From assembly GCA_964520545.1 (NCBI GenBank), contig CAZFOD010000001.1, positions 57,969-121,968 on the forward strand: a stretch of 64,000 bases of DNA. The letters run 5' to 3'. The position numbers were made by a program, and so were the translations under genes. The notes under the pieces are model-generated. The model was not told the origin of the DNA. It was given only the letters and a program-made list of their open reading frames with translations, and made no database searches. Within the stretch, counting starts at the first letter, position 1. The number at the start of each line of letters is the position of its first letter. This document shows positions 6,814 to 17,492 of the stretch, piece by piece. The DNA is from an uncultured Candidatus Saccharibacteria bacterium (GTDB lineage: Bacteria; Patescibacteriota; Minisyncoccia; Phycocordibacterales; CAIZLB01).

Positions 6814-8589
6814 ATGTTCATCGATCCTGTACAAATGAAGAAGTTGATATCTGACTCCGGCCTCGTGGCACCGGCTGATGTCATTGCTGCAGAAAAAGCA
6901 GTGAAGGAGGCGGAGGCGCAGAAGAAAAAGATGAATCTCGGTGAAGCTTTGATGATCGCGGGTAAAATCTCTGAGGATGACTATCGTCGCATGCAGGCAT
7001 ATCTGATGGCGATTCCATTCGTTGATCTCAAAACACAGAAACTTAGTTTCGATGTACTCGCTTTAATTCCTGAGCCGATTGCACGTAGTCATAACATTGT
7101 TGCAATAAAGAAAAAGGGGGACACGCTTGAAGTGGCGATGCTCGACTCTGATGATCTTTCAGCTATTGATTTCGTTAAAAAGAAGACGGGACTCAAAATA
7201 TTGCCTCGCATGACAAATACGGAGTCAATGAAGGCTGCGCTCATACAATATCAAAAGAGTCTTAAAGCTGATTTCGGAGATATCATTCAGCAGGAGGCAG
7301 CAACACTTAAAATGGTTGCTCAAGATGGAGCAGCTGCAGGTGAAGAAGCATCTGCAGACGATCTTAAGAAATTAGCGGAAGATCTTCCTGTTGTACGTAT
7401 TGTTGATACGTTGCTTAAGCATGCAGCTATTCAAGGTGCTTCAGATATTCACATCGAACAAACAGAGTTTGAAGTTGTGGTTCGATATCGTATCGATGGA
7501 ATATTGCGTGATGCTATGATCTTGCCGAAAAGTGCAGGTTCAAGTATTACAGCTCGTATCAAGGTGCTTTCAAACCTTAAGCTTGATGAGAAACGATTGC
7601 CTCAGGACGGAAGATTCCGTATTGAGCTTAATGATGAAAAGATTTCATTTCGAGTCTCTATATTACCAACATACTTTGGAGAGAAGACGGTTATGCGATT
7701 GTTGCGAGAGACTGTTTCAGGATTTTCACTTGAGAGCCTTGGTTTTCACGGACCTGCGCTAGATGTGGTGCATGAAGGAACAAATATGGCAGAAGGTCTC
7801 CTCCTCACAACAGGACCAACAGGTTCTGGTAAGACAACAACTTTGTATACAGTCCTCGATATATTGAACAAGCCAGATGTAAATATTTCTACCGTAGAGG
7901 ACCCTGTTGAATATCAGATGAAACGTGTTAATCAGACTCAGGTAAAACCTGAAATCGGATTTACTTTTGCTAATGGTCTTCGTTCTCTTTTGCGACAGGA
8001 TCCAGATGTGATTATGGTAGGAGAAATTCGAGACAATGAAACGGCATCTCTTGCCATTAATGCCGCTCTTACAGGTCACCTTGTGCTTTCAACACTCCAC
8101 ACCAATTCCGCAGCAGGTGCAATTCCTCGACTTATCGATATGAAGTGTGAGCCGTTTCTTTTGGTTTCAACACTCAAGGTCATCATCGCTCAGCGACTTG
8201 TTCGAAAACTTTCAAAAAACAAGGAAAAATATCTTTTAACTAAAGATGAGCTAGCCTCTATTGGAAAAAAGATTGATATGGAGCGTGTGCTTAAGTCTCT
8301 TAAGGATGAGAAGATTGTTGATCAAAAGATTGAGTGGAAGGACGTCCCTTTCTACAAACCAAAGCCAGACTCTGAATCAGAAGACGGATATCATGGACGA
8401 GTTGGTATTCATGAAGTACTTCGTATGAGTTCGGCTATTAAAGATCTAGTTATAAAAGGAGGTACGTCGGATGAGATTCAGGAGCAGGCAAGAAAGGAGG
8501 GAATGCTTACGATGATTGAAGATGGAATCTTTCAGGCTGTGCAGGGGCTGACATCGATAGAAGAAATTCTTCGTGTGGTTTCGGAATAG
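6814..8589 (+). CDS. pilB: Type IV pilus assembly ATPase PilB/GspE family
   Basis: ASDIHIE, Walker A GPTGSGKTTTLY, LRQDPDVIMVGEIRD, TGHLVLSTLHTN. Confidence 0.93.
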   Translation: MFIDPVQMKKLISDSGLVAPADVIAAEKAVKEAEAQKKKMNLGEALMIAGKISEDDYRRMQAYLMAIPFVDLKTQKLSFDVLALIPEPIARSHNIVAIKKKGDTLEVAMLDSDDLSAIDFVKKKTGLKILPRMTNTESMKAALIQYQKSLKADFGDIIQQEAATLKMVAQDGAAAGEEASADDLKKLAEDLPVVRIVDTLLKHAAIQGASDIHIEQTEFEVVVRYRIDGILRDAMILPKSAGSSITARIKVLSNLKLDEKRLPQDGRFRIELNDEKISFRVSILPTYFGEKTVMRLLRETVSGFSLESLGFHGPALDVVHEGTNMAEGLLLTTGPTGSGKTTTLYTVLDILNKPDVNISTVEDPVEYQMKRVNQTQVKPEIGFTFANGLRSLLRQDPDVIMVGEIRDNETASLAINAALTGHLVLSTLHTNSAAGAIPRLIDMKCEPFLLVSTLKVIIAQRLVRKLSKNKEKYLLTKDELASIGKKIDMERVLKSLKDEKIVDQKIEWKDVPFYKPKPDSESEDGYHGRVGIHEVLRMSSAIKDLVIKGGTSDEIQEQARKEGMLTMIEDGIFQAVQGLTSIEEILRVVSE

Positions 8590-8605
8590 ATTTAAGTATC
8601 ATTAG

Positions 8606-9820
8606 ATGAAATTTTCATACACAGCAAAAAAAGCAAACGGAGAAGAATACACATCTGTTATGGATGTTGCTGATAAGGGTACTTTTTTTCGCGAACTTCG
8701 AAAACTTGGAGAGACACCTGTTACGTTTAACGAATCGGGGGAACATCGTGCATTCAACATAGAAGTTAATCTCGATTTCTTGAAACGTATCAAGCCGATG
8801 GACAAGATTACGTTTGCTCGAAACATAAGCGGTATGCTCGAGGCTGGGTTATCTTTATCTCGAGCTCTTGGGGTTATTGAAAAGCAAACAAAGAGTAAGA
8901 AGTTAAAAGCTATTTACAAGAATCTTAACGATAGCATCAGTGGAGGAAAAACATTTCATGAATCTTTAGCGATGGAACCATCGGTATTTTCTACCTTATT
9001 CGTATCGATGGTAAAGGCAGGGGAAGAAGGCGGTACTCTTGCTGAATCTTTGAAGCATCTTGCTTCTCAGATGGAAAAAACGTATCAGATACAAAAGAAG
9101 GTAAAGGGTGCCATGATATATCCTGCCGTTATTCTCGGTGTCATGCTCATTATCGGAGTACTAATGATGTTGTTGGTAGTTCCAAACCTTGCCAAGACCT
9201 TTAACGATCTTAAGACTCCATTACCAACGAGCACAAAGATTGTGATAGGGCTCTCGGATTTTGCTCTGAATCATTATCTAATCCTTCTTTTGATTGTTGC
9301 AGCACTAGGTGCTGGAATTTACTATGCTATGAAAACTACTCTGGGAAAGAAGGCTTTAGACTTTAGTTCACTCCGTATACCTGTAATCGGTACAATAATT
9401 AAAGAATCTAACTCTGCAAGAACAACGAGAACTCTTTCATCTTTACTTTCATCAGGTGTCGATCTTGTTACAGCGGTTCGTATTACAGGTGAAGTAATGC
9501 AAAACACGTACTACAAAGATGTTTTACAGCGTACAGAGAAGATCGTTGAGAAAGGAGAACCAATCTCTACTGTTTTTGTACAAGAAGAAAAGCTATATCC
9601 AATTTTCGTCGGTGAGATGATGAGTGTTGGAGAAGAAACTGGAAAGCTTGCATCTATGCTCATTGGTGTTGCTAGTTTCTATGAGAATGAAGTAGAACAA
9701 AAGACAAAAGATATGTCGACCATCGTTGAGCCGTTTCTCATGGTTATGATTGGAGCGGGAGTAGGATTCTTTGCGGTATCGATGATAACACCGATGTATT
9801 CGGTGATGAATAATATATAA
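8606..9820 (+). CDS. pilC: Type IV pilus platform protein PilC/GspF family
   Basis: Two T2SSF repeats (AGEEGG.L, GEETGKL), AMIYP and EP motifs. Confidence 0.92.
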   Translation: MKFSYTAKKANGEEYTSVMDVADKGTFFRELRKLGETPVTFNESGEHRAFNIEVNLDFLKRIKPMDKITFARNISGMLEAGLSLSRALGVIEKQTKSKKLKAIYKNLNDSISGGKTFHESLAMEPSVFSTLFVSMVKAGEEGGTLAESLKHLASQMEKTYQIQKKVKGAMIYPAVILGVMLIIGVLMMLLVVPNLAKTFNDLKTPLPTSTKIVIGLSDFALNHYLILLLIVAALGAGIYYAMKTTLGKKALDFSSLRIPVIGTIIKESNSARTTRTLSSLLSSGVDLVTAVRITGEVMQNTYYKDVLQRTEKIVEKGEPISTVFVQEEKLYPIFVGEMMSVGEETGKLASMLIGVASFYENEVEQKTKDMSTIVEPFLMVMIGAGVGFFAVSMITPMYSVMNNI

Positions 9821-9821
9821 T

Positions 9822-10292
9822 ATGAAGCAGGTGCTCTTAAGAAAAAAAGGTTTTAGTCTTGTGGAACTAGTGATTATAATCGCAATGACTGCCGTTATTG
9901 CAGCTGTAGTATTCTTTTCATTTCGAGGGTTTGCAAATTACCAAGTTCTCGATAAGGAAACAGATATCGTGCAATCATATGTTGATAAGGCTCGAGTAGA
10001 AGCGTTGAATTCGAAGAGCTTTGCAGACTTTGGTATTCGTTTTGCTTCTACGTCGGTTACTCTTTTTCAGGGTTCTGCATATGCCGCTTCGACCTCCAAC
10101 CTTGTGCGCAATCTTCCTTCTGGAGTTCGAATATCTACAATTTCTCTTACCGGTGGGGTATCGGATATGTATTTTAATAATGTAACAGGTGAGCCAAATG
10201 CCACGGGGACAATTACTTTTCAGCTCACGAGCACCCCTAGTACTACAAAATCTATAATAATTTACGGGACGGGACTATCTGAAGTTCGCTAA
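9822..10292 (+). CDS. Minor pilin (FimT/GspH-like)
   Basis: Class III signal KKG|FSLVELVI. Confidence 0.85.
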   Translation: MKQVLLRKKGFSLVELVIIIAMTAVIAAVVFFSFRGFANYQVLDKETDIVQSYVDKARVEALNSKSFADFGIRFASTSVTLFQGSAYAASTSNLVRNLPSGVRISTISLTGGVSDMYFNNVTGEPNATGTITFQLTSTPSTTKSIIIYGTGLSEVR

Positions 10293-10296
10293 AGGT

Positions 10297-10788
10297 ATGA
10301 ATAAAATAAATTTACAATCTACAAGAGGAATGAGTTTGATTGAGGTTGTTATCGCCGCGGCAATTATCGGCAGCTCTGTAGTTTTTATCATGGGAATTTA
10401 TAGTGGACTCACAAAACTTTCTTATAGAAACACCGCACGGATTCAGTCGGCAATGCTTGCAGAAGAGGGGATAGCTGCAATCAAGACAATGAGAGATTCT
10501 GGATGGACATCAAGAATTGCTTCGCTTTCAACAACGACGACATACAGCTTGTATTGGACAGGTTCAGTGTGGCAAGCAACTACGTCTTCACCGATTATTG
10601 ACGGTCAGTTTTACCGTACATTTACAATCACTGGAGTATCGAGAGATATAGATGCGGATATTGTTACGAGTGGTGGAACTTTTGATCCAAACTCAAAAAA
10701 GGTAACCGTTTCTGTTTCTTGGGCAGATAATGGGGCAACTTCAACTAAGTCTCTCGAAGCGTACATATTTAATGTTTTCAATAATTAA
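10297..10788 (+). CDS. Minor pilin (PilV-like)
   Basis: Class III signal RG|MSLIEVVIA and LAEEGI motif. Confidence 0.85.
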   Translation: MNKINLQSTRGMSLIEVVIAAAIIGSSVVFIMGIYSGLTKLSYRNTARIQSAMLAEEGIAAIKTMRDSGWTSRIASLSTTTTYSLYWTGSVWQATTSSPIIDGQFYRTFTITGVSRDIDADIVTSGGTFDPNSKKVTVSVSWADNGATSTKSLEAYIFNVFNN

Positions 10789-10789
10789 T

Positions 10790-11323
10790 ATGAATTATAT
10801 TTCTAAAAAAAATAAAAGGGGTTTGTCAAAAGGATTCTCTCTCGTTGAGACAATCATCTATATATTTATATTAACACTCCTTCTCGTTGGTATTGTTAAT
10901 TCAACTTTGCTATTGGCTAAGAGCTATCGCAGTGTGAAAGCCGTTCGATCTATTGAAAGTTCAGCTATTTCTTCAATGGATAGAATGACGAGGGAAATTA
11001 AAGATGCAACAAGTGTTAATACCGGGGCGAGTAGCTTAAATGTTAACCCTGGCGTTTTAAGTCTCAATGCAACCAATGCTTCGGGAACAGCTGAGGTATT
11101 AAGGTTCTATGTGTCGAGCGGTAAAATAATGATGGATAGGGACGGGGTCAGTGTTGGTCAACTTACGTTTTCAGATTCTAATATCACAACATTAGTATTT
11201 CGCTCCATATCAACCTCGACTTCGGAGGCGGTGAAGATTGAAATGGCAATTCAAAGTGGAACTTCAACCTCTTTTATAACAAAGAACTTTTACGATACAG
11301 CTATATTACGTAGTTCATATTAA
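10790..11323 (+). CDS. Minor pilin (PilW-like)
   Basis: Class III signal KG|FSLVETIIY and DRMTREI motif. Confidence 0.85.
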   Translation: MNYISKKNKRGLSKGFSLVETIIYIFILTLLLVGIVNSTLLLAKSYRSVKAVRSIESSAISSMDRMTREIKDATSVNTGASSLNVNPGVLSLNATNASGTAEVLRFYVSSGKIMMDRDGVSVGQLTFSDSNITTLVFRSISTSTSEAVKIEMAIQSGTSTSFITKNFYDTAILRSSY

Positions 11324-11330
11324 TAAAATT

Positions 11331-13124
11331 ATGAAAATAAAATCTCACAAAAGATCAACTCCAAAAACTTACCAAGGCGGACAGGCAATGATGGTTGCTG
11401 TGATGTTTGTTCTCGGAATCTCAATTGTCTTCATGGCTGCAGTAGCTACTCCTGTGGCGAATCAGATTCGAGGAGCATCGGGATACATACAGTCAAAACA
11501 AGGATACATACTGGCAGACTCTTCTGTTGAAGATATCATCTACAGATTGAACAACGGGAAAGTTGTTGGGTCTTCGGTGGAATCAGTGTTAAATGGGGGA
11601 GGTGCGACAACAACAATCACTAATGTCTCAGCAAGTTTGAAAAGAATATTAACAACCGCAACAGTTGGCGACTATGTTAGAAAGATGCAGGCTGATGTAA
11701 CGATGGGTTCTGGTGTTGCGTTTAATTACGGTCTTCAGGCTGGTAATGGTGGAGTTACATTAGGAGGAGGTTCAACTATCATTGGAAACATATATTCTAA
11801 TGGTGATATCGACGCAATCAGTGCAACAATTACTGGTTCTGCTACTGCAGCTGATAGTGCGGCACTTAACGCAGATCAGGTAAATGACACTCCTACCACT
11901 CCGACAAATGCGATTACATTTAGAAATGTTGCTGCCTCACAAGATTTTGCTCAGAGTTTCCAGGTGTCTACGAGTTCTCCACTGAACAAAGTACAGTTTT
12001 ATATAAAAAAAGTGGGAACACCTTCTGATGCCACTGTCCGCTTGGTGGCTGATAACGCGGGTTCACCAAGTACTACAGTGATTTCAATCGGAACTATTTC
12101 TCTTCTCTCAAGTCAGGTAACTACAAGTTATGGTTGGGTAGAGGTAGTTTTTCCAACTAATCCATCTTTGGTTCCAGGTACAACATATTGGATAGTACTC
12201 GACAGTAGTACTCAAAGTTCTTCTAACTATTATGTTATAGGAGGAAATACTTCATACGCAGCAGGTACTGCAAAGACAGGTTCATACTCAGGAGCATGGA
12301 CTGCGAGTGGATATGATGGATATTTTAGACTGTACCTTGGGGGCATACCTTCAATGATTGGAGGCGCGGGATATGTAGGAGGTGTGACTATAGGTTCAGG
12401 TGGAGTAGGTGATGCATGGGCGTCAACTGTACGAGGAGCGAGTGTCGCTGGAAATCTATATTGCACGACTGGGACTAATAACAACAAGGCTTGTAATACA
12501 ACTCACGGAACACCTTCTCCTCAGGGAATGCCGTTTTCTGACGCAAATATACAAGATTGGAAAGACGAAGCTGCGGCGGGGGGAACAATTGCCGGAAACT
12601 ATACAGTAGGCTGGGCAGGAGGTACTTTGGGGCCTAAAAAAATAACGGGAAACTTGACCGTGAACGGGGGAGGAACACTTACTCTTACAGGAACAATTTG
12701 GGTACAAGGAACGGTTACTATAACAAGTGGTGGAAGATTAGTACTGCCCGCTGCTTTTGCAGGAAATAGTGGAGTTATGATATCAGATAGTACAATTACA
12801 GTTTCAGGAGGCGGGTCTGCAGGATCTGGTACCGCAGGTAGCTATCTCTTCTTCGTCTCAACAAGTAGGTGCCCAAATGACATAAATTGCTCCGGTAACA
12901 GCGCTATAAACATAACAGGAGGTGCTGGTGCTATTGCGGCTAACGCTCAATCTGGAAATATTGCATTGAGTGGGGGTGCTTCCATAAACGCTGCGGTAGG
13001 GAACACAATCACTGTTTCAGGCGGAAGCACGGTAACGTACGACACAGGTCTTGCAAGTCCAAGTTTCTCAAGTGGCCCTTCGGGAAGTTATATAATCACG
13101 GATTGGTCTGAGTTGACCAACTAG
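11331..13124 (+). CDS. PilX-like minor pilin with a large Gly/Ser/Thr-rich beta-rich extracellular region (putative adhesin)
   Basis: GG|QAMMV hydrophobic N-terminus lacking E5, ADSSVED motif, beta-solenoid-like repeats and a C-terminal W-x-E. Confidence 0.75.
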   Translation: MKIKSHKRSTPKTYQGGQAMMVAVMFVLGISIVFMAAVATPVANQIRGASGYIQSKQGYILADSSVEDIIYRLNNGKVVGSSVESVLNGGGATTTITNVSASLKRILTTATVGDYVRKMQADVTMGSGVAFNYGLQAGNGGVTLGGGSTIIGNIYSNGDIDAISATITGSATAADSAALNADQVNDTPTTPTNAITFRNVAASQDFAQSFQVSTSSPLNKVQFYIKKVGTPSDATVRLVADNAGSPSTTVISIGTISLLSSQVTTSYGWVEVVFPTNPSLVPGTTYWIVLDSSTQSSSNYYVIGGNTSYAAGTAKTGSYSGAWTASGYDGYFRLYLGGIPSMIGGAGYVGGVTIGSGGVGDAWASTVRGASVAGNLYCTTGTNNNKACNTTHGTPSPQGMPFSDANIQDWKDEAAAGGTIAGNYTVGWAGGTLGPKKITGNLTVNGGGTLTLTGTIWVQGTVTITSGGRLVLPAAFAGNSGVMISDSTITVSGGGSAGSGTAGSYLFFVSTSRCPNDINCSGNSAINITGGAGAIAANAQSGNIALSGGASINAAVGNTITVSGGSTVTYDTGLASPSFSSGPSGSYIITDWSELTN

Positions 13125-13131
13125 GTATCTG

Positions 13132-13160
13132 AAAATCCCGCACACCATGCGGGATTTTTT
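13132..13160 (+). terminator. Intrinsic terminator
   Basis: AAAATCCCGCA...TGCGGGATTTTTT. Confidence 0.7.
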
Positions 13161-13183
13161 GATATAATGCATCGCATATTCCT

Positions 13184-14140
13184 ATGAAGAAGAACAAAAG
13201 ACCCCTTATCGTCGGTAACTGGAAGACAAACCCTGCAAGTTTCAGTCGAGCAAAAGAACGTTTCCAAGCTATTAAGCGCGCCGCAGCGGATCACAGTGGT
13301 ATTGATGTTGTCATTTGTCCACCATTTCCATACATTTCTGCTCTTTCCTCTCTTGCAAACATTAAAAATATTGCAGTAGGAGCTCAAGATCTATCTATAT
13401 ATGGAGAAGGATCAAAAACTGGTGAGGTAAGCGCACCAATGATATCTTCTTCAGGTGCTAAAGCTGTAATCATCGGTCATTCTGAGAGGCGGGCGATGGG
13501 AGAAACAGACTCAGTTGTTGCTGCAAAGATTGCTCAAGCATTAAAAACTGATATGCAAATCATACTATGTGTTGGAGAATCTGAGCGTGACAACGATGGT
13601 ACATATCTCGAAGTGATTAAGAAACAGTTAAAAGAAGCTCTTGTCGGACTCGAGCGAGTCCATTTCAGTCAGATAATAGTTGCATACGAACCAGTATGGG
13701 CAATTGGGAGGAAAGATAATGTTGCAATAACATCGCACGATCTTCATCAAATGGTTATTTACATAAAAAAGCTTTTCACCGAATGGTGGAGTGATACGGT
13801 AGCGATGATGGTTCCGATTCTTTACGGAGGATCTGTTACCGCTGAAAATGCACAAGACATTATGTGGAACGGCGAGGTAGATGGACTGTTAGTTGGCAGA
13901 GCAAGTTGGGAGGTTGAAACATTCGGACCTCTTTTTGATGCTGTTGATTCTCGCAAGCGATCAATAGTGGTTTTGACTAAAAAGAAGCCTCGAGAAGATG
14001 CACGTAAAGAATCTCAGTTAAAAGCAAAGAAGATTGCGAAGAAGCAGATAGTGAAGAAATCTAAAGCAATTGTAAGTCGTGTTACTGGAAAACCAAAAAG
14101 AAAATTAGTAAAAAAAGTTTCAAAAAAGAAAAGACAATAA
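13184..14140 (+). CDS. tpiA: Triosephosphate isomerase with a Lys-rich C-terminal extension
   Basis: GNWK, GHSERR, AYEPVWAIG, LYGGSV and DGLLVG motifs. Confidence 0.95.
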   Translation: MKKNKRPLIVGNWKTNPASFSRAKERFQAIKRAAADHSGIDVVICPPFPYISALSSLANIKNIAVGAQDLSIYGEGSKTGEVSAPMISSSGAKAVIIGHSERRAMGETDSVVAAKIAQALKTDMQIILCVGESERDNDGTYLEVIKKQLKEALVGLERVHFSQIIVAYEPVWAIGRKDNVAITSHDLHQMVIYIKKLFTEWWSDTVAMMVPILYGGSVTAENAQDIMWNGEVDGLLVGRASWEVETFGPLFDAVDSRKRSIVVLTKKKPREDARKESQLKAKKIAKKQIVKKSKAIVSRVTGKPKRKLVKKVSKKKRQ

Positions 14141-14142
14141 AT

Positions 14143-15285
14143 ATGAAAATTCCATCAATCAAAGACGCGGGGGATATTAAGGGAAAGAGAGTTATTGCGC
14201 GGTTTGATTTCAATGTTCCAATTAAAGACGGCAAGGTGGTAGATGATCTACGAATAAAAAAGAGTCTCGCAACGTTAAATTATCTTCGAGAGGCTGGTGC
14301 TCGGACAATAATAATTTCTCATATTGAGGGGAAGAATGGGGATGCGCTACCCTTGGAACCAGTCGCGGAATACTTGAAGGCATTGATGCCTATAAATTTC
14401 GTAAAGGATTTTCTGAATAACGACACTGCGCTTCTTGCTGTGACTGGTATGAATGACGGAGACGTAGTCTTCTTTGATAACTTACGTTTTAGTCCTGGGG
14501 AAAAGAAGAATGATGCTGAGTTTGCAAAGTATCTTGCTGCATTCGGAGATCTTTATGTAAATGATGCCTTTTCAGTTTCTCATCGAGAGCATGCCTCAGT
14601 AGTTGGTGTGCCCGCGCTTCTCCCTCATTTTGCAGGCTTTAATTTGCTTGAAGAAATATCAAATCTTGATACTGTCGTTCAACCAGAACATCCTTTTGTT
14701 TTTATTCTCGGTGGAGCGAAGTTTGAAACAAAGTTACCTCTTTTTGAAAAGTTCATTAACAAAGCAGATTCGATTTTTGTTTGCGGAGCGTTGATGAATA
14801 ACTTTTTCAAAGAGAAGGGATTAAATGTGGGAAAGTCTTTGGTTTCTCCGGGAAACTTTAATCTTGTTGAGTTAGATAAGGATCCAAAGATTGTATTGCC
14901 AATTGATGTAGTGGTGAAGAATGATAAGGGAAGTGAAACAAAAAATATTGTTGATGTTGTATATCCAGATGTCATTGTCGACGTCGGTCCAGAATCTTTG
15001 AAGAAATTTGCTCCAATTATCTTTGGAGCAAAACTAATTCTCTGGAACGGGCCTCTTGGAAATTATGAGGAGGGATTTAAAGACCAAACAATTTCTCTTG
15101 CACAGATGATTATTGATTCTGGTGTGAATGCGGTCTTAGGGGGAGGTGATACTACAGCGGCAGTGGCGAGTCTTGGACTCGACGCCAATTCTGAGAAGAA
15201 CGCTATCTTTGTATCAACAGGGGGTGGAGCAATGCTTGAGTATCTTTTGAATGAAACACTTCCAGGAATAGATGCGTTGAAGTAA
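14143..15285 (+). CDS. pgk: Phosphoglycerate kinase
   Basis: DFNVP, NDAFSVSHREHAS, WNGPLG, GGGDT and STGGGA motifs. Confidence 0.96.
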   Translation: MKIPSIKDAGDIKGKRVIARFDFNVPIKDGKVVDDLRIKKSLATLNYLREAGARTIIISHIEGKNGDALPLEPVAEYLKALMPINFVKDFLNNDTALLAVTGMNDGDVVFFDNLRFSPGEKKNDAEFAKYLAAFGDLYVNDAFSVSHREHASVVGVPALLPHFAGFNLLEEISNLDTVVQPEHPFVFILGGAKFETKLPLFEKFINKADSIFVCGALMNNFFKEKGLNVGKSLVSPGNFNLVELDKDPKIVLPIDVVVKNDKGSETKNIVDVVYPDVIVDVGPESLKKFAPIIFGAKLILWNGPLGNYEEGFKDQTISLAQMIIDSGVNAVLGGGDTTAAVASLGLDANSEKNAIFVSTGGGAMLEYLLNETLPGIDALK

Positions 15286-15290
15286 GGGTT

Positions 15291-15719
15291 TTAAATCTCC
15301 TTCTTTATTTTCTCCGCAGTTGATTCCATCTCTCCTTCTTTGTATGGTTTGTGTCCCCAGTGCTTGTATCCGTCCTCATTGAATCGAGGAATGACATGAA
15401 TATGAGCATGCATCACTTCCTGTCCTGCAGCAGATTCGTTGTTCATTGCTATGTTGATGCCGTCAGAGTCAACGCCGTTCTTCGCCGCAACTGCAATTTT
15501 TTGTGTTGTCATGATCATTCGGCAGAGAGTTTCGCTCGGTGTGCCGTAGATGTTTTCAAAGTGATCTTTTGGGATGACGAGTGTATGTCCGGGATTATTA
15601 GGATGAATGTCTAAAAAAGCTAGCGTCTCGTCATCTTCGTAGACTTTGTTAGCAGGAATCGTTCCAGCTACTATCTTGCAAAATATGCAATTCTCGTCGA
15701 TTTGGTGTTCAGTTTTCAT
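15291..15719 (-). CDS. HIT family hydrolase
   Basis: CIFCKI...GHTLVIPK...HAHIHVIPR. Confidence 0.93.
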   Translation of the reverse strand: MKTEHQIDENCIFCKIVAGTIPANKVYEDDETLAFLDIHPNNPGHTLVIPKDHFENIYGTPSETLCRMIMTTQKIAVAAKNGVDSDGINIAMNNESAAGQEVMHAHIHVIPRFNEDGYKHWGHKPYKEGEMESTAEKIKKEI

Positions 15720-15757
15720 ATAAATATATATGCCTGATTGTATGATAAAATCGTTGA

Positions 15758-17482
15758 ATGGCAAACTACTCCGTTCGTCCTTGGCAGGGCGACAATCTTC
15801 TCGACCACCTTCTTTTTCATCGGGGAATTACTAATTTGGCTGATCGAGAGGCCTTCCTCTCGCCCGATTATGACAGGGGTATTCATGACCCTATGCTTCT
15901 TGCTGATATTAAACCGGCTATTGAACGAATACGAAAAGCCATCATTGCAGGGGAGCGCATTGCCATATTTAGCGATTTTGATGCAGACGGTCTTCCGGGA
16001 GGAACCATTCTCCATGATTTCTTTAAGAAGGTGTCATACCTCAATTTTGAAAACTATATTCCACACAGACATTTAGAGGGTTTTGGATTGAACAATGAAG
16101 CGATAGACAAGATGCATACGCGCGGAGCAAACCTCATCATTACCATAGACTGTGGAATTACTGATATAGAGAAAGTTGATTATGCGAATTCATTGGGTAT
16201 TGATGTGATAATAACGGACCATCATTTACCTGGGGTAGAGTTGCCTAGAGCTTTAGCTGTAATTGATCCTAAACGTGAGGATTGTAACTATCCAGAGAAA
16301 ATGCTTTGTGGATCAGGAGTCATCTTCAAGGTAATACAAGCGCTTCTTGCTGATGATCGTGCTAGGAAGGAATCAGATCAAATCTTTGGTGCTGCAAAGT
16401 TAGGCTGGGAAAAATGGCTTCTTGATATGGTAGGGCTTGCGACGCTTTCCGACATGGTACCGCTACTGGGAGAGAATAGGGTATTTGCACACTACGGACT
16501 TAAGGTGCTTAGGAAAACACCTCGTCTTGGCATTATGAAATTACTACGCTCTTTAGATGTAAAACAAATTAATTTAGTTGAAGATGATATTGGTTTTCTC
16601 ATTACTCCCCGCATTAATGCTGCATCTCGCATGGCTGATCCAATGGATGCGTTCAAGATGCTTACAGCATCTACGGATGAAGAAGCCGATATTGCAGTAG
16701 CATATTTGAATAAGCTTAATGATGAGAGAAAGGGAACTGTAGCTGCGATGATAAAGGAGATAAAGAAAAAGGTGGAGGAAAGATCTCTTCAGGATCGATC
16801 TATACTTGCTCTTGGTAATCCAAATTGGAAACCTGCGCTTCTCGGGCTTGCCGCTACAACTCTTGTTCGAGATTACGGGCGACCTGTCTTTTTATGGGGA
16901 AGAGACGAAAACAATGTCTTGAAAGGCTCATGTCGTTCAGACGGAAAGACAGACATTGTTGTACTCATGAGATCTTTACCTCCTGAAATATTCATCGATA
17001 AAGGAGGGCATTCAATGGCTGGTGGTTTCTCTTTGTCGGATGAGCATATACATAAGTTTGCGGATGCACTTTGTGATGCCCATGCTGAAATTGCAGCGAA
17101 ACAAAAAGCAGATGAAGATGCAGGTAATGTAAAAGAAGACTATATTGACGCACTACTTACTCCTGATCAAGTAACATGGGATACATGGTCACATCTTGAA
17201 AAGCTTGCACCATTCGGAGAAGCTAATCCGAAACCCTTGTTCATGATTAAGCAGGCACCGCTTACAGGTATTAAGATGTTTGGAAAGACCGGGAATCATC
17301 TAGAGGTAAGTTTTCAAGGAGCTCGAGGGAAGAAGGTTTCTGCTATACAGTTTTTCTGCGAACCAACCCCTAAGATATCGGCACTTAAAGCAGGAGACCC
17401 TGTTACCCTCATTGTTACCCTTGAAAAGTCTATGTTTAGAAACTTTCCTGAGCTTCGATTGAGAATTGTTGATATACTGTAA
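15758..17482 (+). CDS. recJ: Single-stranded DNA exonuclease RecJ
   Basis: DFDADG, ITIDCG, TDHH, PRINAASR, GGHSMAGG and PFGEANP motifs. Confidence 0.95.
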   Translation: MANYSVRPWQGDNLLDHLLFHRGITNLADREAFLSPDYDRGIHDPMLLADIKPAIERIRKAIIAGERIAIFSDFDADGLPGGTILHDFFKKVSYLNFENYIPHRHLEGFGLNNEAIDKMHTRGANLIITIDCGITDIEKVDYANSLGIDVIITDHHLPGVELPRALAVIDPKREDCNYPEKMLCGSGVIFKVIQALLADDRARKESDQIFGAAKLGWEKWLLDMVGLATLSDMVPLLGENRVFAHYGLKVLRKTPRLGIMKLLRSLDVKQINLVEDDIGFLITPRINAASRMADPMDAFKMLTASTDEEADIAVAYLNKLNDERKGTVAAMIKEIKKKVEERSLQDRSILALGNPNWKPALLGLAATTLVRDYGRPVFLWGRDENNVLKGSCRSDGKTDIVVLMRSLPPEIFIDKGGHSMAGGFSLSDEHIHKFADALCDAHAEIAAKQKADEDAGNVKEDYIDALLTPDQVTWDTWSHLEKLAPFGEANPKPLFMIKQAPLTGIKMFGKTGNHLEVSFQGARGKKVSAIQFFCEPTPKISALKAGDPVTLIVTLEKSMFRNFPELRLRIVDIL

Positions 17483-17492
17483 TCCAATATTT

